Origin: the human T2T-CHM13v2.0 reference genome, Homo sapiens
DNA: 64,000 bases
Assembly: GCF_009914755.1 (NCBI RefSeq)
Contig: NC_060943.1
Reading direction: 5' to 3' (one strand)
In this document: positions 16,280-32,649 of the stretch, in pieces
How positions within the stretch are numbered: the first letter of the stretch is position 1
Layout of the letters: every line of letters begins with the position of its first letter
Made by a program: the position numbers and the translations under genes
Notes under the pieces: generated by a model
Told to the model about the DNA's origin: nothing
Databases searched by the model: none
The model's input: only the letters and a program-made list of their open reading frames with translations

Positions 16280-19200
16280 AAGCAACGTTATTTGTAATAT
16301 ACCCAAACTGGAAAGAGTCCAAGTGTTCATCAATGGAAGAACAGCTAATAAATGATGGCATATTAATACATCGCAATACTATACAACAACAAGAATTAAC
16401 AAACTACAACTACATGCAGCAAGGGCTAATCTCAAAAACATAATGGTGAATAAACAAAACTAGACATACAACAATCTATACTGTACAATTCCATTTTTAT
16501 AAAGTTAAAAAATGATAATTAATAATCTATGGTGGTGTCAGGACAGTGGTTAGTCTTGGTGGGGAGGAATGACTGAAAGAAGTCAAGAGGGGCTTCTGGT
16601 ATCCTAGTAAAGCTCTATTTCTGAATCTGTGTACTAATTAGATGGGTGTGGTCACTGTGACAATTCACTAATTATCTGTATATTTTTGTATATATTTATA
16701 TTTCAATAAGTTTACTTTTAAAAAGTATACACTAAAAAGATAGTAAAAGACAACAATAATTTAAATGCTGTGGATAAAATGTGACCAGGGACAGGTAAAT
16801 GAATGGAACAGAAAATACTGCTATATAATCGTGTTTCTCTCTCTCTGTCTCTTTCTCTGTCTCCCCATCCAAAAAAAGCAATACAAAATATGGCAGTTGT
16901 CTAGAATTTTGGGGATAAAGTCCATTTATGGCCTCAATAAGACAAATAAGATATAAGTGATATTAATAAAAGCATCATAATTAGCTAAATAATGGTAGTA
17001 AATAAGTAAGTAGTTATGAAGGTAATACAAAGGTTAAGAAATAAGATGCTCATTTCAAAGGATTTACCTGCAAATTAAAAATAAAACCAGTAATCTAAAA
17101 GGAAAGCCAGTCAAAAATCGAATTAAAGGCTAAAACATTCATAAGAAAGTGAGAACGTGTTACTGTTTATAGCATTAAAGTCCACACAAACTGGGCACCA
17201 TGGCTCGCACCTGTAATCCCCAACTACTTGGGGAGGCTGTGGTGGGAGGATCACTTGGGGTGGAAGGATTATTTGAGGCCAGGAAGTCAAGACCAGCCTG
17301 GCCAATGTAATGAGACCCCAATCTCGAAAAACTAAAATTAAAAGAAAGAAATTTAAGCCCATACAAATTGGCATAAGAAATAATAAACAATGGAAAAGGT
17401 AATGGAATAAAGGAAGTGAGAAGACAATGGAAAAGTAAATATAAGCATAAACAAATTAGGACAAAATGTCTGTATTCACTAATAATCAAATTAGAATAGG
17501 TTGTAAAATTTATCCTGTAAAATTTGAAGGTTTTCATAAAAAAAAAAAAAATTGCCAGTGTTGATAAGGTGAACTTGAGATTGTCATATATGGCTCCCTA
17601 CTTAAGTGACAAGCCAGATCAAGATCTTGGTATTTTGAACATTCTCAGTTAGAAGGCTGTTCTATAATATACACAGCTGAGCTGTACGCTACCAAATAGC
17701 CATGTTTGTTCCCAAGTTTGCCTATTACAGTTCTTACTGCTGCAAGCAACTAAAATTATTAATGTTTAAAGACAATTATTTCTATGAAAACTAAGTTGGA
17801 TGTTTCGTAGTATTGGCTATACATAAACATTTCATTTTTGTCAACGTAGGCATGGGTGAGAAAATAGTAAAAGACAGAAAACATAAAAATTCAAGAATTC
17901 TGCCCTCAGATTGCTTCACAAGTATCTTTACATTCCTGTTCTACTTCAAAGAAGTTGAAATGGGAAAGAATAGCCTATGTTTCATAAGTACTTTAATCAA
18001 GACAGAATGGGCTAGACCTACACTGAAACAAAATGCTGGGCCAAACATCAAAAGATTGGACTATGATAGACAATTTTAATGTTCTACCTCCAAAAACATG
18101 TATGTAAAATATGTATATATTTTAATTTTAATATTAACATTATTTAATTATATAATACTATATAATTTAATATTAACTAATAAAATTAATAAGCCAAATA
18201 CTAGTTTGGATTCTACTGAATCAAAGAGTTTAGTCTAGTAAGCACTGCTAATGTGAAAACAAAATATTAGTCCATCTTAGATCAAAATGAAAGAAGTGTT
18301 ATTTCCATTTACAGGGCATCAGCTTTAATTAAAAATAAAATAGGGGCAGGGTGTGGTGGCTCACACCTGTAATACAAGCACTCTGGCAGGCCGAGGCAGA
18401 CAGATTGCATGAACCCAGGAGTCTGAAACCAGTCTGGGCAACATGGAGAAACCTCGTCTCAAAATAAAATAGAATAAAATAAAATAAAGTAAAATAAAAT
18501 AATAAAATAAAATAAAATAGGGAGCAAATTATCTTGTCATCCCCGGAGGTATGCTATTTCCTGAGGTATAATGTCTCCCCCACCCCTTTTTTTTCTGGCT
18601 GATACAAGATTATACAGGATACAGAATATTTATGACCAAGACAATTCTAATTATATTAACATCAGAGATCTGAAAATGTTAAAACCCTATGACCACAAAA
18701 TTGTACTTCTGAAAATTAACACTGATCTAATACTGCATAATCCATACTGAATTCCAATGAAATACTGAATAATCCTCAGGTTCAGACGATAATCTTACTG
18801 CCATTTCACCAAGGAACCAGAAACAACTGAAAGAAAAATATGTATTCTCTTCACCACATTCTCCAATCAATCTATGTCTGAATTCTTACCATATATGTGG
18901 TTTTACTTCATCAATTGGTTCCACTCCTTCCCATCTACTGAAGGTCGCTGCCTACAAAACTACCCTCTCTCTCTACTTCATCAATGTTCCTCTCTTTGAA
19001 ATCATTCTCGTAGCCTATAAACATGTTCTAATATTTCACATCGTAAAATATATTCCTTGTACTCTTATGTATCTGCTTCCCTTCTATGGCAAAATTCATC
19101 CAAAGAATAGTTTAACCTTATTTTCATCATTGCCTCACCACCATTTTCTTTTTATCTCTCAGTAACTCTAAAGCAAACAAATGAAAAACCTTTATAACAG

Positions 19201-20576
19201 AGCATTTCTAACATATCAAAAAGTAGACAGAACGGCATAATAATATCTCCATGTATCCAGCATTAACCCCATGCCCAATCTTGGCCTACGCACCTCCCAA
19301 TCTACTTCCTTCGTATTATTTGAAGCAAATCTTGGATATTACATCGTTTCATGTGTACAAAGTTTGCATCTCAAAAAGCACTTTTACACATAACCACAAT
19401 ACCATTATCCAAACCCAAAAAATGAATTATTAAATATCATCAAAAGTCAATGTCCACACTTCCATCTGATAAAATTTTAAACAACCTAAAAAGAATAACT
19501 CATCCAAACAGAGTTCACAGAATACAACTGTTGACGTGTCTTTTACATCTCTTTTAATCTATAGGTTTTCCTATCATTTATTTATTTCCCTTGTAATTTA
19601 TTTGTTGAAGAACCTGTTTTTGGTCCTGTAGTTTCCCATATTCTGAATTTGGCTCACTACATTCCCAAGGTGTAGAACATAGTCCTCTGTCTTCTTCCCG
19701 TAAGTTGGCAATTGGCTTTAGATGCTTGATAAGACTTAGGACCTTTTGTTGGCAAAGTTACCTCATAGGTGATATCGTGCTCTTTCATTAGGAGAAACAA
19801 CACCCGATTGCCTCTATTTCTTTGATGCTATCAGCACTGATATTCAATATCTAAATCCAATAGTTCTTATGGGTTCCACAATGGTAATATTCTATCATTT
19901 CTTCTTCATTTATTCACTGAACACTTTTATTAAGAGAAACATACCTCCATCTACTACCTATTCATATAATTCTTATAAGAAAGGCAGGATAAATGCTTCT
20001 TTTCCTTTTAATTTATGCTTTTTAAATGTTAGTTTTCTAGTAACTTTCAATGATGAATAATTTGCTGTTAGTATCAAGAATTTATAAAATTAAGTGTATT
20101 TTATGCATTGCAATACACTGCAGTCATTATATGTAATGACGTTCAAATAGTCCCATCTTTGGCCAACTGGAGCCTGACCAACCCATCTAAAATTACTCTA
20201 TTCATTCATTATAATTCTCCATATCCTTACCTTACTCACTTTTCTTCATAATACCTAATTACTTCAGGATATTTTAGTAATCCATTTACTGATTTTATTT
20301 ACTTGTTTACTGTGTGACTCCCCACTACAATTTAAACTCCATGAACATGGGCAATGAAAAAATGTATACATAAAAGTCAAAATATAAAAGATGAGCTAGA
20401 AAGGGATTAGATTCAAAATACAGGTAAAATGGAATCACTAGGGCAGAAAGCTTTCCCCTACTGAAATAGGGGAAAGAAAAGGGAGGGAAACAAGATAGAA
20501 AAGAAACGACTGAGGCCAGGCGCGGTGGCTCACGCCTGTAATCCCAGCACTTTGGGAGGCCGAGGCGGGTGGATCA

Positions 20577-20902
<326 letters not shown>

Positions 20903-20997
20903 TCAGGTCTCTTCTTCACAATTGACATCTAAGGGGTGTGTCTCCTCCTCAACCAGCAGGTCTGGCCATGCCATAATGGCTGACCTCTGCCTGATCA

Positions 20998-21105
<108 letters not shown>

Positions 21106-22073
21106 TTAAAAATAAATAATAGAATATAATAAAGAATTTATTTAAGGCTTCAAAACAAAGAAGACTATCAGGATTGAAAAACATTCATAGCATAGAGTTA
21201 CTTCAGGATCACAAGGAAAAACAAGAACACAGAAGTAGGGACCTGGTTTTATTTTAATTTAAACTTACACAGGCTCTGTCTCTTGAGAGAAAAGAATAGT
21301 TGAAAGCACTGGTTTCAAATCCTGCCTCTCTTTCCCATGTCAGTAGAGCAACTAATTCAATCTCTCTGCACCTCATTTTTCTCAGACGTGAAAAAGGGAT
21401 AACAGTAATGCGTATATATAGCATTGTTGTGAGATTCGATTTAATGTAAGTGTTTAGATGAGTACCTGGTACATGTTAACCATCATATATGTTCATGAGG
21501 TACTACATTTGCTATTTTTTGATTTTTTTTTTAAAGAAAAATAAGTTTCTTGCCAGGATATGCATACAATATTAAATGCAAATTCATGTATTTTAAACTT
21601 AATCACAAAGCAGTTAAAATATGTCTGTTGTAGGAAACTGAATACTGTCCACTTGAGTTTTAACAAACTGTCAATTCAACCCAGCATCACATACACTGTA
21701 AAAGCTCTTTTAATAGCTATGTAGAGCCAGACACCTCTGTCTTCCTATTCTCACTGTAAATGAGTTACAAATAACATGGACCATCCATAGCAGTATGAAA
21801 TCAGATTGTTTTGACAATGGTTTTGCCATGAGTGTCTAAGAATTTATATCCAGCTGTCATTAAAGACCGGTAATAACAGAAAAGTTGAAGAAAAATATAA
21901 CGGTCACTGAATTATACAGAAAGATGAAGGTGCTTAATAGTGGTACTTACTGTCAAAGCACAAAGCAGACATTTAGCTAGTTTTTAGAAAGACAGCCCAG
22001 ACGCGGTGGCTCACACCTGTAATCCCAGCACTTTGGGAGGCTGAGGTGGGCAGATCATGAGGTCAAGAGATCA

Positions 22074-22504
<431 letters not shown>

Positions 22505-22749
22505 TTATTTGTAAGATAAATGAAAATATTTTGAAGATGGAAGAAGGTGGCTGGGTGTAGTGGCTCAATGCTTATAATTCTAGCTTTGGGAGCCTGAAGC
22601 AGGAGGACTGCTTGAGGCCAGGAGTTTGAGACCAGCCTAGACAACATACCAAGAACTTGTCTCAAAAAAAAAGGCCGGCGCGGTGGCTCACACCTGTAAT
22701 CCAGCACTTTGGGAGGCCGAGGCAGGCAGATCACGAGGTCAGGAGATCA

Positions 22750-23034
<285 letters not shown>

Positions 23035-23132
23035 CTAGGGCTGGAAGCCTGTGATGTGGGAAGGTGGCAATAAAGATGTGAGTGTGACTGAAGCAGAATA
23101 TGTGTTCTTGAAGATTTCTATAAACAAAAGAC

Positions 23133-23320
23133 CAGGGTTTGGCAACATTTTCTGTAAAGGGCCAATATTTTAGGCTTTGTATACCACATATGGTCTCTGT
23201 TCCACATTCTTCTTTTTTTTTGTAACAATTATTTCAAAATGTAATTAGCTTGCAGGCTGTTCCAAACAAGCTACAGCTTGTGGGCCAGATTTATAGTGTA
23301 TCTAGTTTGCCCACCACTGC
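23133..23320. mobile_element. MER58A-like MITE
   Basis: CAGGGTTTGGCAACATTTTCTGTAAAGGGCC...AGTTTGCCCACCACTG. Confidence 0.7.
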
Positions 23321-23687
23321 TATGGCCAAAACTTCCTACGTACTATGGAATAGGAGATAATTTTATTTATTTCCAGACATATTCGGGTAATTATCAGAAT
23401 TTTTCAATTAACTGAAATAGGTTCATAGGAACAGTACTTGCAAAGGACCTAAAAAATTCTCAATAAATGGGATTTACTCTATCTTCTTTTCCTTTAAAGA
23501 TTTTTAAAAAATAATAATAATTGATGGTATTCTCCCCAAAAAATGAACTGTAAAATGCCTATTTTTAAAAAGTATAGTTTGCATAAAACTTAAAAATGTC
23601 TTCTAGATGTAACTTTATCATAATGTATCATTAGCATTTTTATTATAACAGATTCTTTATTTAATATTTACAGTTTACTGCATGATA

Positions 23688-24022
23688 CAGTAGTTCTCCC
23701 TTACTCATGGTTTTGCTTTCCTCAATTTCAGTTACCCACAGTCAACCATGGTCCAAAAATATAAAATGGAAAAATTCCAGAAATAAACAATTCATAAGTT
23801 TTCAACTCCATGCCATTCTGAGTAGCATGACGAAATCTCACACTAACCACTCCGCCCCACCTGGGATGTGATATGCTTTGTCCAGCATATCAACATTGTA
23901 TATACTACCTGATTATCAGATCAAAACAACATCATAAATATAGGGTTCCATACTATCTGAGGTTTTGAGGCATCCACTGGGGGTCTTGGAATGTATCCCC
24001 CTTGGGTAACGAGGGACTGCTG
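23688..24022 (+). mobile_element. MER44A-like TcMar-Tigger MITE
   Basis: TA|CAGTAGTTCTCCCTTA...GAGGGACTGCTG|TA. Confidence 0.8.
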
Positions 24023-25011
24023 TACTCCATCTGATGGATATGTTACACTTAATAGTGATTATATTTAGATATAGCTATACTTTTAAATATATTATATTTA
24101 GAATTTACATTACAAAAAATATCTAAAGCTGCTTCAATGCCCAATATTCTAGTTTAGCAATATGTGGATACTGAGCACTTGAACTGGGACTAGTCCAAAT
24201 TCACATGTGCTGTAAATGTAAAATATATACCAGATACCAGATAGTGAAGACTTTAGAAGCAAAAAAACAAGGTAAAACATATTGATGATTTATATATATA
24301 TTCTTTATTTTATCTTGGTTTTGAGGCAGGGTCTCACTCTGTCACCTAGGTTGGAATGGCGTGGCACAATCACAGCCCATTTATTGATTACAGCTCACTG
24401 CAGCCTCGAACTCCTGGGTTCAAGCAATTCTCCCACCTCAGTTTCCCAAATTGCTGAGACCACAGGCATATGCCACCACATCTGGCCAGTTTTGTTTTGT
24501 TTTGTTTTGCTTTGTTTTGTTTTTTTAAGAGATGGGATCTCATTAAGTTGCTCAAGGTTGTCTCGAACTCCTCTGCTCAAGTAGTCCTCCTGCCTCAGCC
24601 TTCCAATTCCAAAGTACTGAGATTACAGGCATGAGCCACCACTGTCAGGGCCTGACCATGACTTTTATATTGATTACACTGTGAAATAATATTTTGGCCA
24701 TATTGGGTTAAATAAAAGACATTAAAATAAACTACATGTGTTTCTTTTTACTTTTTTTAATGTGACTACTAAAGTATTTAAAATATTTGACCTTGCATAC
24801 TAGTCTACACTTTTAAAATTTGACTACTAGAAAATTTTAAATTATATTTGTAGCTTGAATTACAATTATTTTGGACAGTGCTATTTTAATCCTGAGAATT
24901 TCAGATAAAATGCCCACTTCTAGGAACTTCATTTCTGCCCCATCTCTGCTCTAGACAGATAAGGAGCACACAAGAGATGCTGAATGATTTGGTCAATGCA
25001 CACATGGATAC

Positions 25012-25374
25012 TGGTACAATTTGGCTGTGTCCCCACCCAAATCTCATCTTGAATTGTAGCTCCCATAATTCCCATGTGTTGTGGGAGGGAGCCGGTGGGA
25101 GATAATTCAATCATGGGGGCAGTTGCCCCTATACTGTTTTCATGGCAGTGAGTAAGTCTCACGGGATCTAATGATTTTATAAGGGGTTTCCTCTTTCTCT
25201 TGGCATTCATTCACTCTTTGCCTGCCACCATGTAAGACATGCCTTTCACCTTCCACCATGATTGTAAGGTCTCCCCAGCTATGTGGAACTGTGAGTCCAT
25301 TAAACCTCTTTTTCCTTATAAATTACCCAGTCTCAGGAATGTCTTTATCAGCAGCGTGAAAATGGACTAATACA
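25012..25374 (+). mobile_element. THE1 (C/D-like) MaLR solo LTR
   Basis: TTTGGCTGTGTCCCCACCCAAATCTCATCTTGAATTG...GGACTAATACA; 363 bp; 5-bp TSD GATAC. Confidence 0.9.
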
Positions 25375-25560
25375 GATACAGATGGAGAAGACAGGGGCAC
25401 TTAGGAATCTGGCTGGCTCCATCCCGTGCTGGAATGGGGAAGACTGGGGAGAAGCTGTTGAATGGGGCTCTGTTAGAAAGTTGCAGAATAACAAATGAGA
25501 ATGTTCACATAACCTGAAAAAAATGACAGAATTCCAAAGTAGAGAGAAATTCCAACTTAC

Positions 25561-25569
25561 ACGAGCCAT
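25561..25569 (-). CDS. ZFP30: ZFP30 first coding exon (M-A-R); whole exon 25561-25646
   Basis: Minus strand reads ATG GCT CGT|GTAAG. The acceptor is tgttctttctgcag| before 25646. A phase-0 join to KRAB-A gives [11 protein letters not shown]. Confidence 0.92.
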
Positions 25570-26109
25570 GATTTTAGAACTGCTAGAACTGGTCAATTTT
25601 CCTCAAGGTTCATGTACTTCAGAAGCAGGGTCCACAGACACCAGAGCTGCAGAAAGAACATGTAAAATCATGAGAAGAGAACTGCCTCAGAGTTTCCAAA
25701 TTTTAAAAACTGGTACTACTTCTCCATTCCTATATGCAACTCCCACCCCCAACACACAGACAAGTTTTGATAGGTAAGAGGTAGTTTAGACAAAGATGTC
25801 CTCCCCAAAACCACAGCGAAATCAGCTCAGCTGCACAAGGAATTGAAGAGCAGAGACTCTGCGGCATCAAAGCATATGTCTAGACACTTCAGCAGGAGGG
25901 CTGCCAGTTGGTCCCCAGCTCTGACCCCAAGGCGGGCTGGTTTGGACCAAAGAATGGGTTGTGCAGACCTGTCCTGAACAGATCCTCCTCCCTCCATCCC
26001 CACCTTCCCAGCTGAAAAGGGGCTACACCATCTAAACCAAAACTTCCTTCTTGGCCTTAGGAATCTGGCTGGCCTCCCCAAACATGAAGACAAAAAATAG
26101 CATAGACAA

Positions 26110-26465
26110 GAATTTCCCAAACTTTGCTCAAATTGGAATCACCTGGATATCTTTAAAATATACTGTTGCCTGGCTCCCACCCTTAAACACACTGATTTAA
26201 TTAGTGTGACGTGGGATTTAGGATTTTTTTTTTAACTACCTCCTCCTCCCATGGGTGCTTATAATGGGCAGCAAAGTTTGGTAGTCAAACTTTAGTATGC
26301 ATCAGAATCACCCAGAGGGCTTCTTAAAACACAACTTGCTAGGTCTCACTCCCAGAGTTTGGCATTCAGTACGTCTGGGATTGGACTTGAGACTTTGCAT
26401 TTCTAAAAAGTTTCCAGGTGATGCTGATGCTGCTGGTCCAGATGCCACACTTTGAGAACCACAGG
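26110..26465. mobile_element. Two adjacent MER5-family hAT MITEs
   Basis: GAATCACCTGG and GCATCAGAATCACCC...CCAGGTGATGCTGATGCTGCTGGTCC...ACTTTGAGAACCAC. Confidence 0.75.
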
Positions 26466-28404
26466 TATAAAACACCTGTAGAAAGGCTATATAGCAGCCT
26501 TTATTATGGCAAAACTGCAGGTGCACATTGGGATCCCTTCCCCAAGGCTTAACTCAGAGCTCTCTGCTCCTTATTTTCCTATTCAGGATCATCAATATTG
26601 CCTGCATGATCTCAATTACCAAGCAATCTTTCTTGGTACTCAGACTTAGAGAAGTAAATTTATGAAGCCTGAGTGTGGATAATGTTCTAGAAGCTAGAAA
26701 TAGGCTGGGTGCAGTGGCTCATGCCTGTAGTCCCAGCACTTTGGGAGGCCCAGATGGGAGGATTGCTTGATGCCAGGAATTGAAAACCAGCCTCAACAAC
26801 ATAGTAAGATACTGTCTCTAACAACAAAAAATTTTTTTTAAATTAGCTGGGTGTGTTGGCACCTGCCTGTATCCCTAGTTACTTGGGAGGCTGAGGCAGG
26901 AGAATTGCTTGAGCCCAGGAGTTCAGGGCTGCAGTGAGCTATGATCTTTCCACTGCACTCCAGCCTGGGTGACAAAGTAAGACCCTGTCTCTTAAAAAAA
27001 AAAAAAAAAAGAACAAAATAGGAAAAAGAAATAACCTATCAGCTTATCAGTCAAAATCTACTCGTAACTAGAGAGCATATTGAAGGAACTGGATTGGCAG
27101 ATTTCAAAAAGCTATGACACCTCATAGTTACTAAGCTGTTGGGGAAATGGATACTCAATGATATGATGTACAAAGAATGAAATAATATGTGGATAGAGTG
27201 TTTAAAATGGGACCAAAAAAGCTGGAAAGAACCTAAATGTCCTTCAGCAATGTCAAATAAATTATCATGCATTCACACAATGGAAAATTAAACAGCCGAG
27301 TGCAGTGGCTCACACCTGTAATCCCAGCACTTTGGGAGGCCAAGGCAGGTGACCGCTTAATAAGTCCAGGAGTTCAAGACCAGCCTGGCCAACATGGCAA
27401 AACTCCATCTCTACAAAAAATTAACGGGGCATGGTGGTGCACACCTGTGGTCCCAGCTCCCTGGGAGGTCAAGGTGGGAGGATCGCCTGAGCCCAGGAGG
27501 TCAAGGCTGCAGTGAGCCCCGTTCATGCCACTGAACTCCAGCCTGGGCAATAGAGTGATACCCCGTCTTAAAAAAAAAAGAAAGAAAAGAAAAAAAAAGA
27601 AAAATAAACACCCATTAAAAATGAAGATAAAATTCATATTTGATGTCATGGGAAGATGGCCACTACATATTGTTGGGGGAAGAAGACAGGTTAGAAAATA
27701 TGATTGTAATGTAATTGTATTTCGGCAGGTAAACTACATACACATGCATACATGTATATGCATGTGTATAAAATGATCTGTGAATTGGAATAAAATTTTA
27801 TTGTTACCTCTACTTGATGGTATCCCAGTCCTAGGTGATCTTTATTTGTTCTTCCCTGGAATCTTTACATTTTTTTTTTTTTTAGGCAGGCTTTTGCTCT
27901 GTCGCTCAGGCTAAAGTGCAATCTCGGATCTCAGCTCACTGCAACCTCCACTTCCAGGGCTCAAGCGACCCTCCTACCTCAGCCTCCTGAGTAGCTGGGA
28001 CTAAAGGCACATGACACCACCCTGGCTATTTTTTACCGCGATGCAGTCTATGTTGCCTAGCCTGCTCTCAAACTCCTGGACTCAAGTGATCCACCTGCCT
28101 CCACCTCCCAAAGTTCTGGGATTACAGGCTTGAGCCACTGCACCTGGCCTGAATTTTTTAATTAAAAATTTTTATCACTTATACCTGAACAAAAATTCAA
28201 AACAGCTATGCAAGGAATATCACAAAAAGCTCCAACAGTTCCATCCCTGCTACTCTGCCCCATCTTCCAAATCTAGAGGCAGTAATTTTTACCTCTATTA
28301 GCCATTCCTTTTGGTATTTAAAAAACATGCTAATATTTCCACTTCTGAATTTTCAGTTGTAATCATTACATATTCACTTACTACTATAAGAGGCATAGTT
28401 TTAG

Positions 28405-28813
<409 letters not shown>

Positions 28814-29133
28814 TAAATCAGTTTTTAAATTCAGTTTACATTACTGTGACTAAACATTGTTACCAACTGAACTATGCAGTATACTCAGGTTATTTTGCCT
28901 TTTTTGCATATGACTTTTTTTTCTGAGATTAAAATGATCTTGTTTTTTGTAAGTTTAGTTTTCTAAGAAATTATCATTAATTCATTTCCCCGAATCATGT
29001 AATTGAAGGATGAAGCTCCTGGTATAAAATAGCACAGCTGGCCGGGCACAGTGGCTCACACCTGTAATCCCAGCATTTTGGGAGGCCAAGGCGGGTAGAT
29101 CACGAGGTCAGGAGATCAAGGCCATCCTGGCTA

Positions 29134-29382
<249 letters not shown>

Positions 29383-29959
29383 TCAGAAATACAGTCAAAT
29401 ACTTCAAATACCTGTATCCCACCTGGCAAAAGTCAATTCCTAAATATGCCTAACTCTGAAATTCACATGACTCTGAGGTGAAAAGTTGATCAAGTCATAG
29501 GAGCCAGAAATCCTCCTGAAGGAATTGCTTGGGCAGTTTGGAATATTCCTGTCCAATAAGTCATTTCTTAAAAAATTTACAAAACATCCATAAAATGGAA
29601 TACTAAGGTAATCACTAAATGCTAAATTTTAGAAAACAGTTAAGGAAAGGAAAATATTCAAGATACACTGAAAGAAAAAAAAAGTTTACAAAACAATATA
29701 TGATTAGATTTTTTAGACCATTAAAGGGAAACAGACTTGAACAGATGAAAAAAACTCTTAAAATTTCAATTCTGAGATTTTAAAATTAATTTTAAAATCA
29801 GATTTAAATCTCAACTTAACTGAAATTTCCATAATTTGAAGAACTGTAAATATTTGGAAGGTCTGTCAAACCAGAAGTGGATCACTGGGATGTCACTTTT
29901 CTCCATACATCCATGGAGTCATATAATCCACAAGAGCACTGAATTCCTCTTTTAAACTA

Positions 29960-30311
<352 letters not shown>

Positions 30312-30555
30312 TCAAAAAAATAAATAAATAAATAAAACCACACACAAAACCACACAGACTTGTAGAAATATTTTGGGAAAATATACTCTAAAACATTAAT
30401 AATTATTATTTCTGGACATTGGGACCATTGATCATTTTAATTTTCTTTATAGGTTCCGTAGTTACTAATATTTCACAAGCTTGTATTAATTCTGTCATCA
30501 GAAATATTTTAAAAAGCTATTCCAAAAAATTTTAAATGACTGGGAAGATAGGCTA

Positions 30556-30902
<347 letters not shown>

Positions 30903-31759
30903 TTAAACAGGCCCTGCATAAATGGTGACAACAGGGAAATCAGTGTGACTGAAAAAATAATTTCTACCAGTTCCTGAGTATTGTATCTCATCAAGACCCT
31001 GAAATAGTTCTGTGAAGGATTACAATCCTGGTTCATGTCATTTCCAAAGTGATTAAGAGCCAGTAAGAACTGCAGACAAAAACAAATGCTCATTTCACAG
31101 CAGCTACTTAATAACTTGCATTTACCCCTCCTCAGCTCCAATAAATAACTAATCATTAAATACCTAGCAATTTAATATTTAAATATTACATTGTTGCAAA
31201 ATAACTTAAAAACCTTTATTGTAGTATACAAGATTCATATGTAACAATTTCTTGATGATTCTTATTTACAACAATACTTCTCAATATTACATTATACTTT
31301 TTTCTTATGACTAAATATAAACAAAATTCTTATTATTGCATAACATTCCATCACATGGAGTGTGATTTAACCATTTCCATACTGCTAGATATTAATTTTA
31401 TAAAAGAACATCCCGAAAGTCATTACCAGTTATTTCATTTCTAGACAGTGAGAATCAATGTTGTTGGAGCTTATACAACTCTGATAATACCATGAAATGA
31501 TAGACTTCCTCGCTCCACTGAAAAAATTAACCATTTACAAATACATACAACAATTCTGTATATAATCTTAAAATATCTTTGTTGCCCTGAAAGCTCATAA
31601 ACAGAGTCCAAGGACTTATGTTACCAATCCCTGTTCTGGTCCACTGCAGGGTCTGGCTCATTTTCCTGCTTGCAAGCATCCATCATAATTACCTTCACAT
31701 TTGCATTGGTCTTGGAAATACACAAAGCTGATAGGAAATGACTGAGCATCATCATTTTA

Positions 31760-31990
31760 ATACCAGTAGCTAGTATGAATTAAGGACTCACTATGTGCCA
31801 GGCACTCTCCTAAGAGCTTCACAAATATTAATTCATGTAATCTTCAAAACAACACCGTAAAGTATACACTATTACAATTCTGAGGAAATTGAAGCACAGA
31901 TTGCTTAAACTCGTTCAGATTTAAGTGGCAGTCAGGATTCAATTCCACTTAATCTAGGCTCGAAATTCTTAACCACTACACTACACCTCC
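31760..31990 (-). mobile_element. MIR (other MIRs at ~21290-21500, ~63390-63560 and ~63850-63975)
   Basis: CTATGTGCCAGGCACT...TGAGGAAATTGAAGCACAGA MIR core. Confidence 0.7.
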
Positions 31991-32649
31991 CTCAGTCGAT
32001 CCAAGATATACCCAAAATAAACTCATGCTGCCAGACCTCAAACCACATCTGGCTGGTACCAAAAACTTCCACTCATGAATTTCCTGGAAAAAAAGAAATC
32101 TCCACTCCTACCCCAGAACCATTAAACATATCTAAACCCTAAAAAACAAATAAAAACAAAGTATGAACATTAATCTCCAGCACGGGTATTTCCATATCAT
32201 CAAGATCCTTAGAAAAACAGCGCTCACAGAGTAATTGAATTTGCAGCCTACAGTTAACTAACCATGTGTCTAACTATAGAACAGCATGAAGTGGGCACTA
32301 ACAACGGGAAATCTATTAATTAGGTCCCCTGCCGTTAACTAGGTAGGGAAATCCTAAGGCCCAAATCAATGAATAAATAGATCATTCCTAAGCAGGATTT
32401 TAAACGGAAGGAACTCGAATGCATTTCACAGAAACAAAGCAGCAGCACGAACTCACAGGGAACCGGCTTTTAGAAGAGCAGCAGCGATTCGTTTCTCCTT
32501 CTCAAGCGCCTTCTCTGGAAACTGGCAGGGCTGGGGAAGCAGGCAGAGTTCAGGACACCCCAGGCTTTTCTTGACTCGATTGGAACCCACCCTCCACGCT
32601 TCCCTGGCCCCAACTAACCGCCACCTGCATGCACAAATGGAAACGACAG

